A stretch of 64,000 nucleotides of DNA from Ramazzottius varieornatus (lineage: Eukaryota > Animalia > Tardigrada): assembly GCA_001949185.1 (NCBI GenBank), contig BDGG01000002.1, forward strand, positions 8,789,990-8,853,989, read 5' to 3'. This document shows positions 1-12,425 of the stretch, piece by piece; positions within the stretch are counted from its first letter, which is position 1; each line of letters opens with the position of its first letter. The position numbers were made by a program, and so were the translations under genes. Under the pieces are notes generated by a model. That model searched no databases, was not told where the DNA came from, and saw only the letters and a list, made by a program, of their open reading frames with translations.

Positions 1-982
1 AAAGACCACTCTATCGGTGAAAGGCTGGCTCCTTGCCCTCAGTCCTTGGGGGAGCTGTATCTCGTGCGGGAATCTGGATCCTGTCAGTATCGGCAGTCGA
101 CATTGTATCACGGTCGCCAATAGTATTGGCAAGAATATATGAAAAGACAAAAGTCCTGCTTGTTTCATGACAAGCAAATTACGAATCCGACAAAATTCTT
201 CATCAACGTCGTTTTCTCGAATCAATCAATGAGTCTCCTCTATAAACAATGAATTACTGGATGATTGCAGCCAACAGAACAAAACATATTCGACACGTAG
301 ACAAAATGTAACAAGAAAAAAAAGCCAAGATCAGCGACACCGGGTGTGAAGCAGCAATGCAAGCTCTTGAAATTCGTACGGACAATGAGATGAATAAAAC
401 AGCCGCACCTAATGTTGTAAAAAGTTCTGGTCCGTACACGGAAGAGTATTTTCATTTTACAGATTATAATCAGGTTGAGAGACGACAAATATACCTGGCG
501 TTGTCATCGAACTTATGAACGAACAGGCAACCATTACACCTGTCAACTATCCTAGCACTTACGATCTCATAACTTTCGAGCTGCAAATTCATCATGCATT
601 GTTTTAATAATATCAATATCAAAAGACAATATTGTTGTGATTGGCAGTGTCTTGATGGAAAGCCTCACTGCGCTTTTTAATTGTAATCCATATTTGTTCG
701 AGTCCTGCGCAAGGTCGTACATGTACGACGTGTAATTATGGGGGAATAAAAATTACGGTACAGGCGGAAAGGACGGCAATTTTAAATCCTGAATGCGATC
801 CAGAAATGAAAATCGATTGAATGACGTAACGCAGTGAAAACTAACCGTACAAAATTGTCATGAACAATGCCCATCAGCCGATCAGCTGTTTCACTTTTGC
901 GCTTCGAGGCTGCGGATTGTTCATTTATTTTCATCTAGAGACGCTCTCGAATCCATATCGTTTCTGTGACCGTTTTTGCATA

Positions 983-1062
983 ATGTCCCAACCCTTTAGG
1001 ACCAAGCGACCTCGACGGTACACCGAACAAACCATGAAGGACGCACTTTGTGCTATTCATTC
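983..1062 (+). pseudogene. Fragment of a psq-type HTH, probable pogo-family transposase N-terminus remnant
   Basis: MSQPFRTKRPRRYTEQTMKDALCAIH resembles the R-x-Y-T-E-x-x-(L/M)-x-x-A-L-x-A-I start of psq HTH domains; no intact continuation. Confidence 0.35.
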
Positions 1063-1904
1063 TTATATAATTATTGCACGCCAGATTTGCTCGCAGTCGT
1101 AGGGCACAATAAATTTGAGGTGACTGTGTCCTCAACCAAATGAGCACTTGCGCATATGACTTCCTTTCGCGACGTGGACCTTTAGAATTGCGTACGGATG
1201 CGGGATGCCACACTCTCCAAGGTCTTGAACTCTCTTTGAATCAATTAAATTAGCTCGCCGAGCAACTGTAACCTGGCAGCCTACTGCATGCATGAACGAA
1301 AACGATTCGCATGGGCTATACCGATGCAGCTGTTGTCCTTTTTTTCCTACCTAGCCAACTTCTAGGAGAAGACCTAACCTCGAGCTTTCAGTGCGTAACC
1401 GTGAGGTCTCGGTCTGACTTTGAGAATGTACAGTATGAGAATTCAGCCGTGCTCCGCAGTACAGGTGGCGCCACCGTCAATGAAGACCCGCTGGTCCTTG
1501 GGGTGTGAGTCACGTGACTAAACTGTCTCTTGTTAACTTGTTGAGGGAAGGAACTCCGAATTTTCAAGGCTCTGAATAGTGCTTCATGGAGTAGCGCATG
1601 ATGGAACGGACGACGGCTCATTGTGAAGGGCTCCCACTCCGACAAGACACCCAGGGACAACGAGCGTCCACAGTCGCATACACCGGTACCTATTTTTCAA
1701 AAGTCCAGGTTGCCACAATGCCTTTGCCACCGAGCCAACGCATGACCAACAAGAAATGGGTTTTGTCAAATGAGATTCCCTTTTTTCCACCAAATCCAAA
1801 TTGTTCAGGAGATGCTTTTTCAGATTTTGTGTTTTAAGTATTCAGCTGACCGTGCTCGTATAGGTTTGTAGGGAGTTTGACGGGCTATCGAACATACGTA
1901 ACAG

Positions 1905-1981
1905 AGTTGTCGGACAGNNNNNNNNNNNNNNNNNNNNNNNNNNNNNNNNNNNNNNNNNNNNNNNNNNCCTGTCCGACAACT
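1905..1981. repeat. 50-N assembly gap (1918-1967) flanked by a 13-bp inverted repeat
   Basis: AGTTGTCGGACAG immediately left of the Ns; CTGTCCGACAACT (its reverse complement) 1 nt right of them. Confidence 0.75.
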
Positions 1982-2479
1982 AGTAGAAAAGTTATGGAAG
2001 GAAGAAGGTTGGTGTCCCGTATCCTACTACTATAGACCACGCATGACGTCAGCGTGCGCGTGAAGCATCTCCTAGGGAGTGGGTGGGAACTGATGTCTGT
2101 ACCGGGTCGTACTTACGTGTACGATGACGTCATACGTGAAGCTAAGGGAGCCGTACAAGGTAGGTGGAACTGCCCATTGTAAAATCCTGCAGAGGTGAAA
2201 ATCTTTGGAAATTCATTTCTCCAAATCTAGTCATGTCATTTGGTGACAGCTGGTACCATTCGGCAGGCCTGAGTTTTCTCTACAACCTCACGTCAAAAAA
2301 GCAGGTCTCGGAATTCTCGTGAAAAAAGGGAATCTTGTTTGACAAAACCCAAATCGTATATCTACAACTATTGACGCTGGTTTTTGTTACTTGGCCGAAC
2401 TCGGACAGGCCGACTTTCCACCCCTCTATGGAAATGAACTTTCGGAGCTGACCGAGACACGTCTAAATTTCGAGTTAAC

Positions 2480-3120
2480 AGGATGGATATGCATGGAAAT
2501 TTTCGGCCACAATTTTCCCATCCATTCGCTTTTCGAATGTCCCCAGCATACGAACTTTGAAGTGTGATCTAGATAACTGCATAAGCGGTTTGGGCAGTTT
2601 GACTGACATCCCTCCAGAAAAAGTCGTTCCCTGGACAATCTGGAAATACTGCAACCTCGGTTTGCCCAAATAGAAAAACTAGCGTCAGTTGATCTTGCAT
2701 GGGTCACTCGAGCCACCATGGTCATTAATGCACTGGAAGACTTCAAGTACACCGACTTGTAAAGTAGTCGTGTTGCTATCTCCCATAAGTAATTACGCAC
2801 TGCTCATTTACCATGTTCTTCTTAGCAAGCAGGCATATGTATCAATCGTGATTTTACGGAATAGTCAAGAAAGAGTCTGTCAAGAGGCAAATACGAGCGA
2901 AATTCCTCCTTTGTCCTTGGGAGCCATGAAACACCTGTTGCTTGATTTCCGCTGAAGATGAGAAAGCGAGCTGGCTGACAAAGATGTAATTGCCCGTCCC
3001 TGGAGGCAAGGTGAGCTGCGGTCATCTCTCTCACTCTCTAACCATTACTAGTAATGGGAAAACCCAGCCATCATGCCTCACCGCCTGACAACTTGTCCAG
3101 CTGAACTGGAAGAAGATACA
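2480..3120 (+). pseudogene. Possible degenerate LRR-protein remnant
   Basis: Stop-interrupted frames give LRR-like pieces (SLDNLEILQP..IEKLASVDL; SEIPPLSLGAMKHLLLDF). Confidence 0.25.
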
Positions 3121-3322
3121 CAGAGGCATTAGTGATCAGCCGCATAGACTGAAGAGCAATGCTCTGGCCTCCAGCTACTATATCACCACCAGCAAAATCA
3201 GCTAAAGGTGAGCGCGCTGCAGGAGACTACCGTATAAAAGCCATCGCTCATTCTACCATAGACCTTCGCAAAACCATTTTCTTTCTGCTCGTCCACTGCT
3301 CATCATCCGCCCATCTTTCGAC

Positions 3323-4534
3323 ATGGAACGCGCTTTGGCCTTGTGTATTCTGCTGGGAGTAGCCGGCATCGTTAGCGCGGGCTACGGCAACACGGGCAAC
3401 TACGGCAGCAGCGGAAACATGGGCAACAACGGCAACGGCGGAAACAAGGGCAACACCAGTAGCAACTGTCAAGCCAAGCAGTACGCAGTGGAAGGCATGG
3501 TGGTGAGTGGAACCCTGGTGTTACATGGTTCGGGAACTCCGTGTGTCGAGCGAAAGTTTGACATGATTTCTTATGCTTGGTTCTGTTGTTTTCTAGTCGA
3601 AGCTGTTCTTAAATGCGGCTGATGCCAATGGAAAAAACAGCGGCTTCATCATCGACTTTCTGGAGCTGATGAAGGGCGCGTCCGGCGGATGGTTCGACTA
3701 CAATCTGACGGCACGAACAGACGACAACTACGGTGCTCTCGTTACCGATCTCCAGAACAAGGTAGGTTGGCGTCTGGTATACATTTCGATCTGGGGAATC
3801 AGCTACAGTATTTACAGCTGAGTTGATTTCGCTCTTTTTCCTCGTAGAAATTCGACATTGTGGCTGCCGATTTCACTGTCCGATCCGAGCGTCACGCCGT
3901 CATCGACTATTTGCAACCGTTTTTGCGTAGTCAGATTCGCATTCTAGTCAACAACAACCCCAGCGGATCGCCGACTGCCGAGGATGGAGTCGTTGGGGAC
4001 CACCCGACTTGGTACATTGAGGACGACGTCAGCGTTGTCAGCCTCCTGCAGGTATCCCTTCAGGTCCTTCTTCACGCCTGTTTTTTAAGCATCAATGTAA
4101 GGCGGAGTATGTCTTGTTGCAGATTAGCCCCAATGCCACCTTGAACGACATCTACAAGCAAGCCAAGGCCAACAACCGTATCGTCGATCGAGCCACCGGT
4201 GTCGCTGCCATTGTGGCCGCCAACTCGCCCACTGCATTCATCGCCACCAGCCCCGGTATCGTCATCTCCAATGCTAACAATCCCAACACCGCACGCAACA
4301 GCTTGACCCCAGACATCCTGGAAACCGCCTACTTCGCTTTCGCACTCCAGCAAAGTAAGCAACCAACTGTACTGTTTTTCTTGGATTTAGCGCATTCAGT
4401 AGTGATGGTGGGAGTTGACCATTCCTTTTCTTACAGACCAAAACCCCCTCCGTCTGTGCCTGAACATCTTGCAGTTGACAGTCCAGGAAACCGGACAATT
4501 GCAAACTCTGCGAAACCAGTATAATCTGAACTGA
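3323..4534 (+). CDS. Secreted stand-alone ionotropic-glutamate-receptor-type ligand-binding domain (type II periplasmic-binding fold), 292 aa, no TM channel
   Basis: Exons 3323-3502, 3597-3761, 3848-4051, 4123-4354, 4437-4534 with GT-AG introns and a continuous frame (879 nt). Signal peptide MERALALCILLGVAGIVSA; G/N-rich linker; S1-like motifs GFIIDFLELM..FDYNL..YGALVTDLQNKKFDIVAADFTVRSERHAVIDYLQPFL..IRILV; S2-like end YFAFALQQNQNPLRLCLNILQLTVQETGQLQTLRNQY*. Confidence 0.85.
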
Positions 4535-5693
4535 CTTCTGCGTTAACTGAAGTTGTATATGTATGGATTGTGCAGCCAACCTTAACTTTCTCTACCTGTT
4601 GCGATATCAATTGCTCGCGTATGATGCTGTTTTTTAGCTTTCTCCCTGCATTTTGTTCTTGACCGAGGTCTCCCTTGAGTTCAGCGTGATACAAGGGACG
4701 CCAGTATAAACAGTTAATCATTTTGGTTCAACCGAAGAGTAGATCACTGACGCATTGTTGGTCCCCTTCCTTCCGCACATATTGACCAGCCGATGAAGAG
4801 AGTCCAATGCCTAATAATAGAGTGTGCAGCTTTGAACTGGCAAAAAACCATTCAATTTTTTAAGAAAGACCTCTAGCCGTCTTCCGAAGGAGCAATGCAC
4901 ACTCATTGTCCGACCTAAGAAGTTTCACTAGCTGAATCTAGCTAGTTGATTTATGCGTAATTATAAGTAGCAGACAAGCAGTCAGCTGCTTCAACTTATC
5001 TTGTGGGTACAATGTGGGATCAAATACTTGGTCGAATACGAGTATTGTCTGCCCGCCTGTACGGCAGAGTACCCCAGTGTGTCCAGCACAATGCTTTGAG
5101 CGGGAAACATTGTCATGGTAGTGTCGACGTTGACGTTGTTTCTGATTCAGTTGATTTCCAACGTATGTAAGATTATGAAGCGTTTGGTGTACAATCCCAA
5201 CTAGAAGTAAATAAGTGTAGTTCGTAGACATCAAAAATTAGAAGGTACCTTGTCACTTTAGCCGCATTTCAATCTTGAACCGTTGTGCAGTGTGGAGCAG
5301 AGCCTTTCTCGCGGATATAAAATTATGGAAGGTTTACAGAGTTGTTTGCCGGCGTACTATACCCGAGCAAGTACTCTTGCAATTGTTTCAATGCTTCTAG
5401 TTTCAGCTTGCCGTGTCAACAAAGGGGAAGCAATGCCGAACCGCGTAAGTGAAGCCTTTACACGGATCGCTGAGACTCCCACAGTCTCACCTGGGTTCTT
5501 TAGATTGCTGTACATACCCCTATATATGCTGTCGCAGTTTTCAATACCCGCTGTGCGCTCGTAGTGTGATGGAAAGCTCCACCTGCCGCCAAATTAAGGC
5601 TGAAGTTGTTGAAAACCGACCCGGACGCCCAGTTGGCGCATTGGGTTGAGTCTGCTGATTGTGCAAGTTGCGCCAGAGTTCTCAGTCGGAGTA

Positions 5694-5890
5694 CACGCAC
5701 GATGAGAAATTATGGGCCAGTACAAATTATGGGACCAGGCGGAAAAGACGGCAGAATGGAAATTCAAACGTGGAAAAGTGTCGAACAGTTTATGCCGTCA
5801 ACCAATCGCGTACCTACGTGCCTGCGTACTGCCATAGCGAAAAGCCCTGGTCCCTAATTTGTACTGGCCTATGATTTCGCGTCGGGCGTG
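5694..5890. mobile_element. MITE family A (TA target duplication, Tc1/mariner-type), full copy
   Basis: TA|CACGCACGATGAGAAATTATGGGCCAGTACAAATTATGGGACCAGG...CCTGGTCCCTAATTTGTACTGGCCTATGATTTCGCGTCGGGCGTG|TA; homologous copies elsewhere in the window. Confidence 0.8.
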
Positions 5891-8800
5891 TACTCCATCT
5901 TGAATCTTCTGCGATGCTCGAAGGCCAGTGTACACAAGAAGGAGGACGTCTTTATAACTCCTGATTTAATGATATGTCCGCACGTAAAGACCCACCCCAG
6001 GCCGATCCGCTTAGTAGCGGAGGAGCAAGTTACCAACCAGCCGGCCCATACAACGCGAGCAACTGCGCGGAGAATCGGCTGTAGTACCATGGATAGTGTT
6101 ACAACAGTTGGAAGAACGGACGAAACAGGCGGAAAAAGGAAGAGGCAGAAAGCGGGCATTGAGCTAGATCAATCGATGGCGCAATGTACACAGATACACA
6201 CAGGGCGGATAAACTGTTCCGCTGCATGTTGGCCGATCATTGATGGCGACAGTTGCCGTACAAAGCCTGACACATTCCCTCTGTCACGGCCTTTTTTCCC
6301 CTTAAACAGCTCCCTTTTCACAGTCACTGCTCATCCCTTCGACCTTTTGCTTTATCAAACGCAGCTTGTCACTGCATGTAGGACTGTAGGACAGTACTAG
6401 GCCGCAGTACCATGCAAGTGCAGCTTACCAGCTTGTCTCGGGCCTATATGGGGATTAATCGATGGGCGACACCTGCTCCGATCATATGACGCATTGGAGA
6501 TTATGGTCTGATTAGTATGTGCAACCTATGACGTGCTTCCTGCACGGGGAACAATCCACCTTTTCCGAAAGACCCAGCAGCCATAAACGTTAGCTCCCTA
6601 TGGTGCGCTGAGATTGATTTATTGTATGGGGTAAAAGCGAAGGGAAGATATGGCCGTTTCACACACAGACATCGAAGAATAGATTTGTGGAAATACACTG
6701 CGTTCCGTCAAGTTGAGTATGAGATATATCGATGAGGATGGCGTAAAGGAGGAATAAGGAGAATGGAGGGAAAATAGGGCATGTTGGTTGGAGGAGACCA
6801 TCGTAGCGATGGCTTGTTGTTTCAAGTGGTGATTTATTTTTGGATGTTTAAGAATTGAACGGCACTCAGTAGCTAGGGTTTGTTATATTGCTTAGAGGAG
6901 CCATGCAGCTGCTAAACATGGTAGAAGCAGTGTACTCTTCAGACTTTAGTAGGCAGTCATGACAGGCTGTGTGATTGCGTCTGAAGCGCGGGGGAGTTCG
7001 ACGATGGCCAGTCCCCTCAGCTGCTGCACTGTTGCCACACTATCCCATCTCCTTCTGCCTCATCTTCTCCCATCAGCGCGCGTTACGACATACGGCGCAC
7101 TGAACAGTTCACTGCTCACTTGCCAATCACTTCAACAGCCAACGATTAACTGTTGGTAATACTGCTAACAGCTTTTTGCTCCTTCCGCCAGCGACTTATT
7201 TCTTTCGTCTGGGCATCATCTTCCACCGAATTTCGCGCTACATTTATCGCATCGTTTGCGTGTGGACATACTGATATCATTAATATCATAGCCGAATCGT
7301 CTTGACGACCTAGTGTTGGTGGCTGGATTTATTCAAAGGAATACCCGGAAATAAGGGATAACATTACTGTGGCCAAGCTTGATGAGGTACGTAAAGACGA
7401 TGTGCGCATGCAGAAATCGACCAAATGCGATGGTGTGGAGGGTCGCTTCTACGTAGGTAAGATCGATCGGCGACTGAAGAATAGCATTGACTTTCCGACA
7501 AGTTCGCGATGACGACATCGAAACGTCTTGTAATCGATCAGGCTGGCTCTGTTACAGTTTAGTGCCCTTTTGAAGAACATTTCCAAAGTCCGTCCAATAG
7601 ACAGCTTTTAATGGAAAGTGGCTTGCTCCAAAAACCTTGCCTACGTATACAGTAGTGTGCTCACTTGCACAAGGGCAGTTGCGCATAGCCATGCACCCGA
7701 CAAGTGACCAATCAAGGACCTCTTCCTCTGTCAGGTAGGGGAAGGAGAGGAGTCTACAAAGAAAGCGCTAACATTCAGAGAAGGGCTGTAGGCCTTTTTA
7801 GATCGTGACATTTCGGCCCAATTTTCCAGCGGGCCGACTTGGACATTTGGTTGGCTGCGGTGATATCAGTGGCAAAATTAAAGGCTATTCCCTGGCCGAT
7901 AGCCTTCCTGTCAAGCAGATTCAATATCGTTCCGCTCGATAAAGAGCCTGCTGGCATGGCTACAGGCAGATACAGAAGGAAGCGCTCCACTTTCCGGGCT
8001 GCAGATGATCTCTCTCCAACACTGGCCCTCCTTTTTCTGGTTCTATTTTTTCTGCTCACTTCCTCGTTGCTCAAGCAGGGCCAAGCGGACAAGACAAGCC
8101 TGCGGAATGTCTTGGCAGCCATTTCTGAAAGGTTCAAAATAGGCAACATTGGTGTTAAGTTTCATTTGTGCTGGATATGCTGTGTGAAACCTTAGTAAGG
8201 CGTTTAACGAGCAGTCAAAATTCCGAACGACTTGACTGAAATGAAATCCGCCGGTGGACAACGCCGAGGCAGCCATTACAGCCACAGCTGGCATTCTTTT
8301 AATGATGGCGCAACGAACCGCTAACGGTTACGACAAGCTAAAGAGCGAAAAGCCAAACTGCAACTTGATGTCATCATTAATAACGGGTAGCAAATGGCGA
8401 GGATTACGCCAAATATCTGACAATGGACTCCCGGCCGAAATGATCCCTTTGCTCTGATGGTCAAGCTCTCCTTCCAAATGTCCGCCTTGTAAGAGATCAG
8501 GAACGAATCAAGTACTCAGACATCGGTTTCCTGCCTGTGTGTGATCGTTGGGTACCGTATTTGATTGGTTGATTTGTGGCCAGAAAGTAGAGGGGAAGAA
8601 AAGGACGGTTACCAGCGTCTGCCAGCTTGGAGTTGGGAGGAAAACCAAATAGGGGGTGGTAGTTGATGAGTTTTCGGGGAACAGTCTTCATGTGTGGCTG
8701 AGCTGGCAAATGCAGCTTGAAATTAAATCACGGGCTTTGGCCGTGTATGTTTGATCTATGGGGTGTGTCCTTTGAGCAGCGTCATACATCGTCAAAAATG

Positions 8801-9801
8801 CGCAACGTTGCAGCTAGCTCTCCAGTGCCCCCCCCCCCTCTGCCTTGTCTCAATGGCCGCATCTTTACATTTTGTAGGACATGTCATAACTGCTCATCAA
8901 GCCTTTAATCGTTCAGCCGCCATATTTACCCACACAAGCCAGTCGATATATGATTAAAAATACCCCCTGTCCCATTCCATTTGATCGCCGATCGTCACTC
9001 TGCCATGTCGACCGAGATTTTATACCCTGCAGTCTGGCCAACCAGCGCGCCTTCCCATCACATTACTAATCTCCCTCCGCTACATTATTCATCGAAGCCA
9101 TATTATAAACTTACGATTAAAGCATTTGCAGGCTGCTGAATCGATGAGCAAGGAATATATGTAAAGCATACAGACACTGTAGATTCAGCCGAGAAAAGCG
9201 TTTTCTCCCCCAGCCAAACATTGGCAAAAGGGGGCAGAAGCTGGCAGCGCGGGCCAGCTATAGCATTGGGTCTCAAGTAAACCGTGAAGGACAGGCAGGA
9301 TGGCGCTGGATGAGGAGGACGTTTAACGTTGGACCATAGACTGTAAAGAGGCTTCTTTAGACCATTGATGAACTGTAAGACTGTAACCAGCGACATTTTA
9401 CATCATGTTAATGGATTAACTTTCCTCCTTCAAGCCCTTCCAACGGCAGCACTTCACATGCATTACGGTTGGCACTTGCCCGCACTTTTCTTTCTTCCAT
9501 GGAAGTCATTCTTGGCTTTATATTCTCTTGCAGAAGCATCATGAGCAAGTGGTTGGAAGCTTGGCGGATAGTTGAACTGTGTCATGGGTGGCTGGTGTGG
9601 TGCCCTTCACCGCAGTGACGTTACCCAGTGAGTACTGCCGTGAATGTCAGAGTGGCCAGCTCCGTGGCTTCTTGGGGACTTTGCTGCTGGAGGTTCGCGC
9701 CGCCACTTCCCGGATGTCGACTGTTAAATTGCCTCTGACGACGACGACGAAGCCGAAGCCAAAACGCAAGACCACCTTGAAGGAAGGGCCACTTCCTCGT
9801 T

Positions 9802-12425
9802 ATGTTGATGGATTGCAGCTGCCTTCGTCTACAGTCGGGTCTTGCCTTCCTCCTTGCCTCCTGTCTTACCTTGTGCCTCATTGACCACAGTAAGATTGAT
9901 CCATGGGACATGCGGCATATGGGGTTTGATGGACGTTGACTGTCTTGCAGGCTGTGGCTCGGATGACGAAGAACGTTTGGTCAAAGATTTGTTTGCCCGC
10001 TATAACCGCTTGATCCGTCCAGTGCGCCATATGAATGAAACTGTCAAAGTGGAGTTCACATTGATCTTGTCATTGCTCATTAACGTGGTAAGTCACTCCA
10101 CTTTTCCGACCTTCTCTTTCCCAGTCATTTCCTCCTCCTTTCCTCTCCTCCATCCCACAAAGTGCCCTTGATCACCCCATCATTTCCCTTCTCTATCTAT
10201 CATTCGCAGCAAGAAAAGGAACAAGTTATGAAGACCAACGTCTGGCTCCAGTTCGTAAGTAACCCACTTCAAACCATTTTCTGCTTCGTTGACACAAATA
10301 TGTCTTGATACGGAAGTCGCCACCAAATTAATCTATCAACAAATGACAAGAAATTCTTTCCAGAAAACAAAACTTTTTGCAGAAAAATCCCTGCAGAAAA
10401 ATGAATCCCGCTGCAGTTAATAGGTGAATGATACGTTTGTTCACCGCGGTGACGTCATTGTGGAAATCGATGTAAATGTTTCGGGTCTATTTTTGGCCAG
10501 ATCTTGCCGGCATCTATCTAATAGTAACTATCAGTAGGCAGATTGGATAGTGGTATTGTGACAGTTGGTTGCCATTGTGGTTTTTCTGCAGAAGTGGATA
10601 GATCCGCAGATGACATGGGAGCCGGCCAACTACGGGGGCATCCAATCGATCCGCCTGCCGGTGGACAAGATATGGACACCCGACGTTGTTCTCATCAATA
10701 AGTGCGTAAAGTAGCCCCTAAGCTGCCTGCTAAACGCCACTTTACCAAATCCCCGTCCTTCTGCCTTGGCACTTGGAAGGGGCTGCTGTTACAGCTTGTG
10801 CTCAAATCTTCGATGCACGCGCTCTTCAGCCTCTTCTCCAGCCTCGTTAAACAAATGAAACCTGGGCATTTCCATCAAGACGACCGCGTCTTTCTTTTTT
10901 GCAGTGCTGATGGCAAATACACCGAGAGCTTCAAATCAAACATCGTTGTCCAATCCACCGGCGACCTCCTCTGGCTGCCGCCTTCCATTTACAAATCAAC
11001 CTGTGATATTAAAGTGCAAAACTTTCCGTTCGATGTAAGCCTACTCATCATCTACTTGGTCCTTCCGCGGAAAAAAACAACATTGGTTTTTTCCATTGGA
11101 GAAATTCTTTAAAATAAAAAAAGAAGTCCCTGAAGAAAGTTTGGCCCAGAACAGACAGTGATGTGGGATGTTGTTGTAGGAACAAATATGCGATATGAAG
11201 TTTCAATCGTGGACGTACAACGCCGACGAAGTGATGCTAGAGTTCCCGGCCGGCATGGCCAACGAGATTGAAATGTCCAACTACCAGCCTTCGGGGACAT
11301 GGGACGTGGTCAAAGCGCCGGGCTTCCGCAATGTCTACCGCAAGAGTCCGGCCGAGGCGCGCCAAGCCGACATCACCTACAAGATTATCATTCGGCGCAA
11401 GACGCTTTTTTACACCATCAACCTGCTGATCCCCACCGTGCTGGTTAGCTTCCTGTCGGTGTTGGTCTTTTACTTGCCGACCATTGCCGGCGAGAAGGTG
11501 GCCCTGTCCATCTCCATCTTGCTCACCCTCAACGTCTTCCTACTACTGGTCTCCAAGCTGCTACCCCCCGCTTCCGACTTACCCCTCATCGGCAAGTTCC
11601 TCCTCTTTACGTTCCTAATGAACCTCGTCTCCATCATCATCACCGTCGTCACCATCAACCTCAACTTTCGCTCGCCCAAGACTCATACTATGCCGTCATG
11701 GATCAAGAAGGTCTTTCTGGACTGCCTACCCGTCGTCCTACTGATGCGACGACCCAAGAAGCCCAAGCGCCACAACCCTTATGCAGCCCAACAATCGCGC
11801 CTGGCTGCCAACCATCGGCCAACCACAACCGCCTTTAATCCCTCATCGGCAGCGCCTCTCTCCGATGGCTACCGCGAGGCCCATGAAATGGTGGAGTTTC
11901 GGGCCAACGACGCCCGCAACAGAGCGATGCCCGTCCCCTCCTCCACCACCACTTCGGCCAACCTGGGACATTCCAGGGCCTTTGGACGGCAAGTCTATTC
12001 CGACACCCCTCCGCCAGAAGCATCCTTTCAGCCCTCACAGCGCTACAACGGCCAGCCTCCGTTGGATGAATGCGAGGAGTGGCTGCTAAAGTCACCCGAC
12101 GTTAGATTGGTGACCAATTCCATCGAGTGTATCGTTCAGTATCACCAACAGAATGACGCCATACAGGAGGTTAGTGCCAGTACTGCCTTGCTTCGACAGC
12201 TCTTGGCCAGTATTGTCGTTATCAGCGTGGTAGGATGGAGATAAGTGGTTATCCTCTGTGTTGTTGCAGGTGGAAGATGATTGGAAATACGTGGCCTTGG
12301 TTGTCGATCGCCTCTTATTGTGGATATTTTTTATAGCGACAACAGCTGGCTCCTTCAAGATTTTGCTCAGTGCCGACACCATATTTGAAAGTCTGGAAGA
12401 GGCCAAAAATAGGAAATACTTTTAA
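9802..12425 (+). CDS. Nicotinic acetylcholine receptor non-alpha subunit (arthropod beta1-like)
   Basis: Exons 9802-9889, 9951-10087, 10210-10254, 10592-10701, 10905-11034, 11180-12169, 12270-12425. Signal peptide; SDDEERLVKDLFARYNRLIRPV; WTPDVVL; Cys-loop CDIKVQNFPFDEQIC; no vicinal Cys in loop C; RRKTLFY-M1; GEK-M2; M4 preceded by DDWKYVALVVDRL. Confidence 0.95.

Noticed and set aside
461-555. RDDKYTWRCHRTYERTGNHYTC as a Merlin/ISXO2 zinc-ribbon fragment
   Set aside because: Too short, ends in a stop, no DDE region found
5888-9400. ORFs of 100-170 aa upstream of the nAChR gene
   Set aside because: No recognisable motifs, mostly non-ATG starts; probably regulatory DNA, 5'UTR exons or introns
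3323-12425. Functional cluster of soluble LBD gene and nAChR gene
   Set aside because: Adjacency alone is weak evidence in an animal genome, and the two belong to unrelated receptor superfamilies
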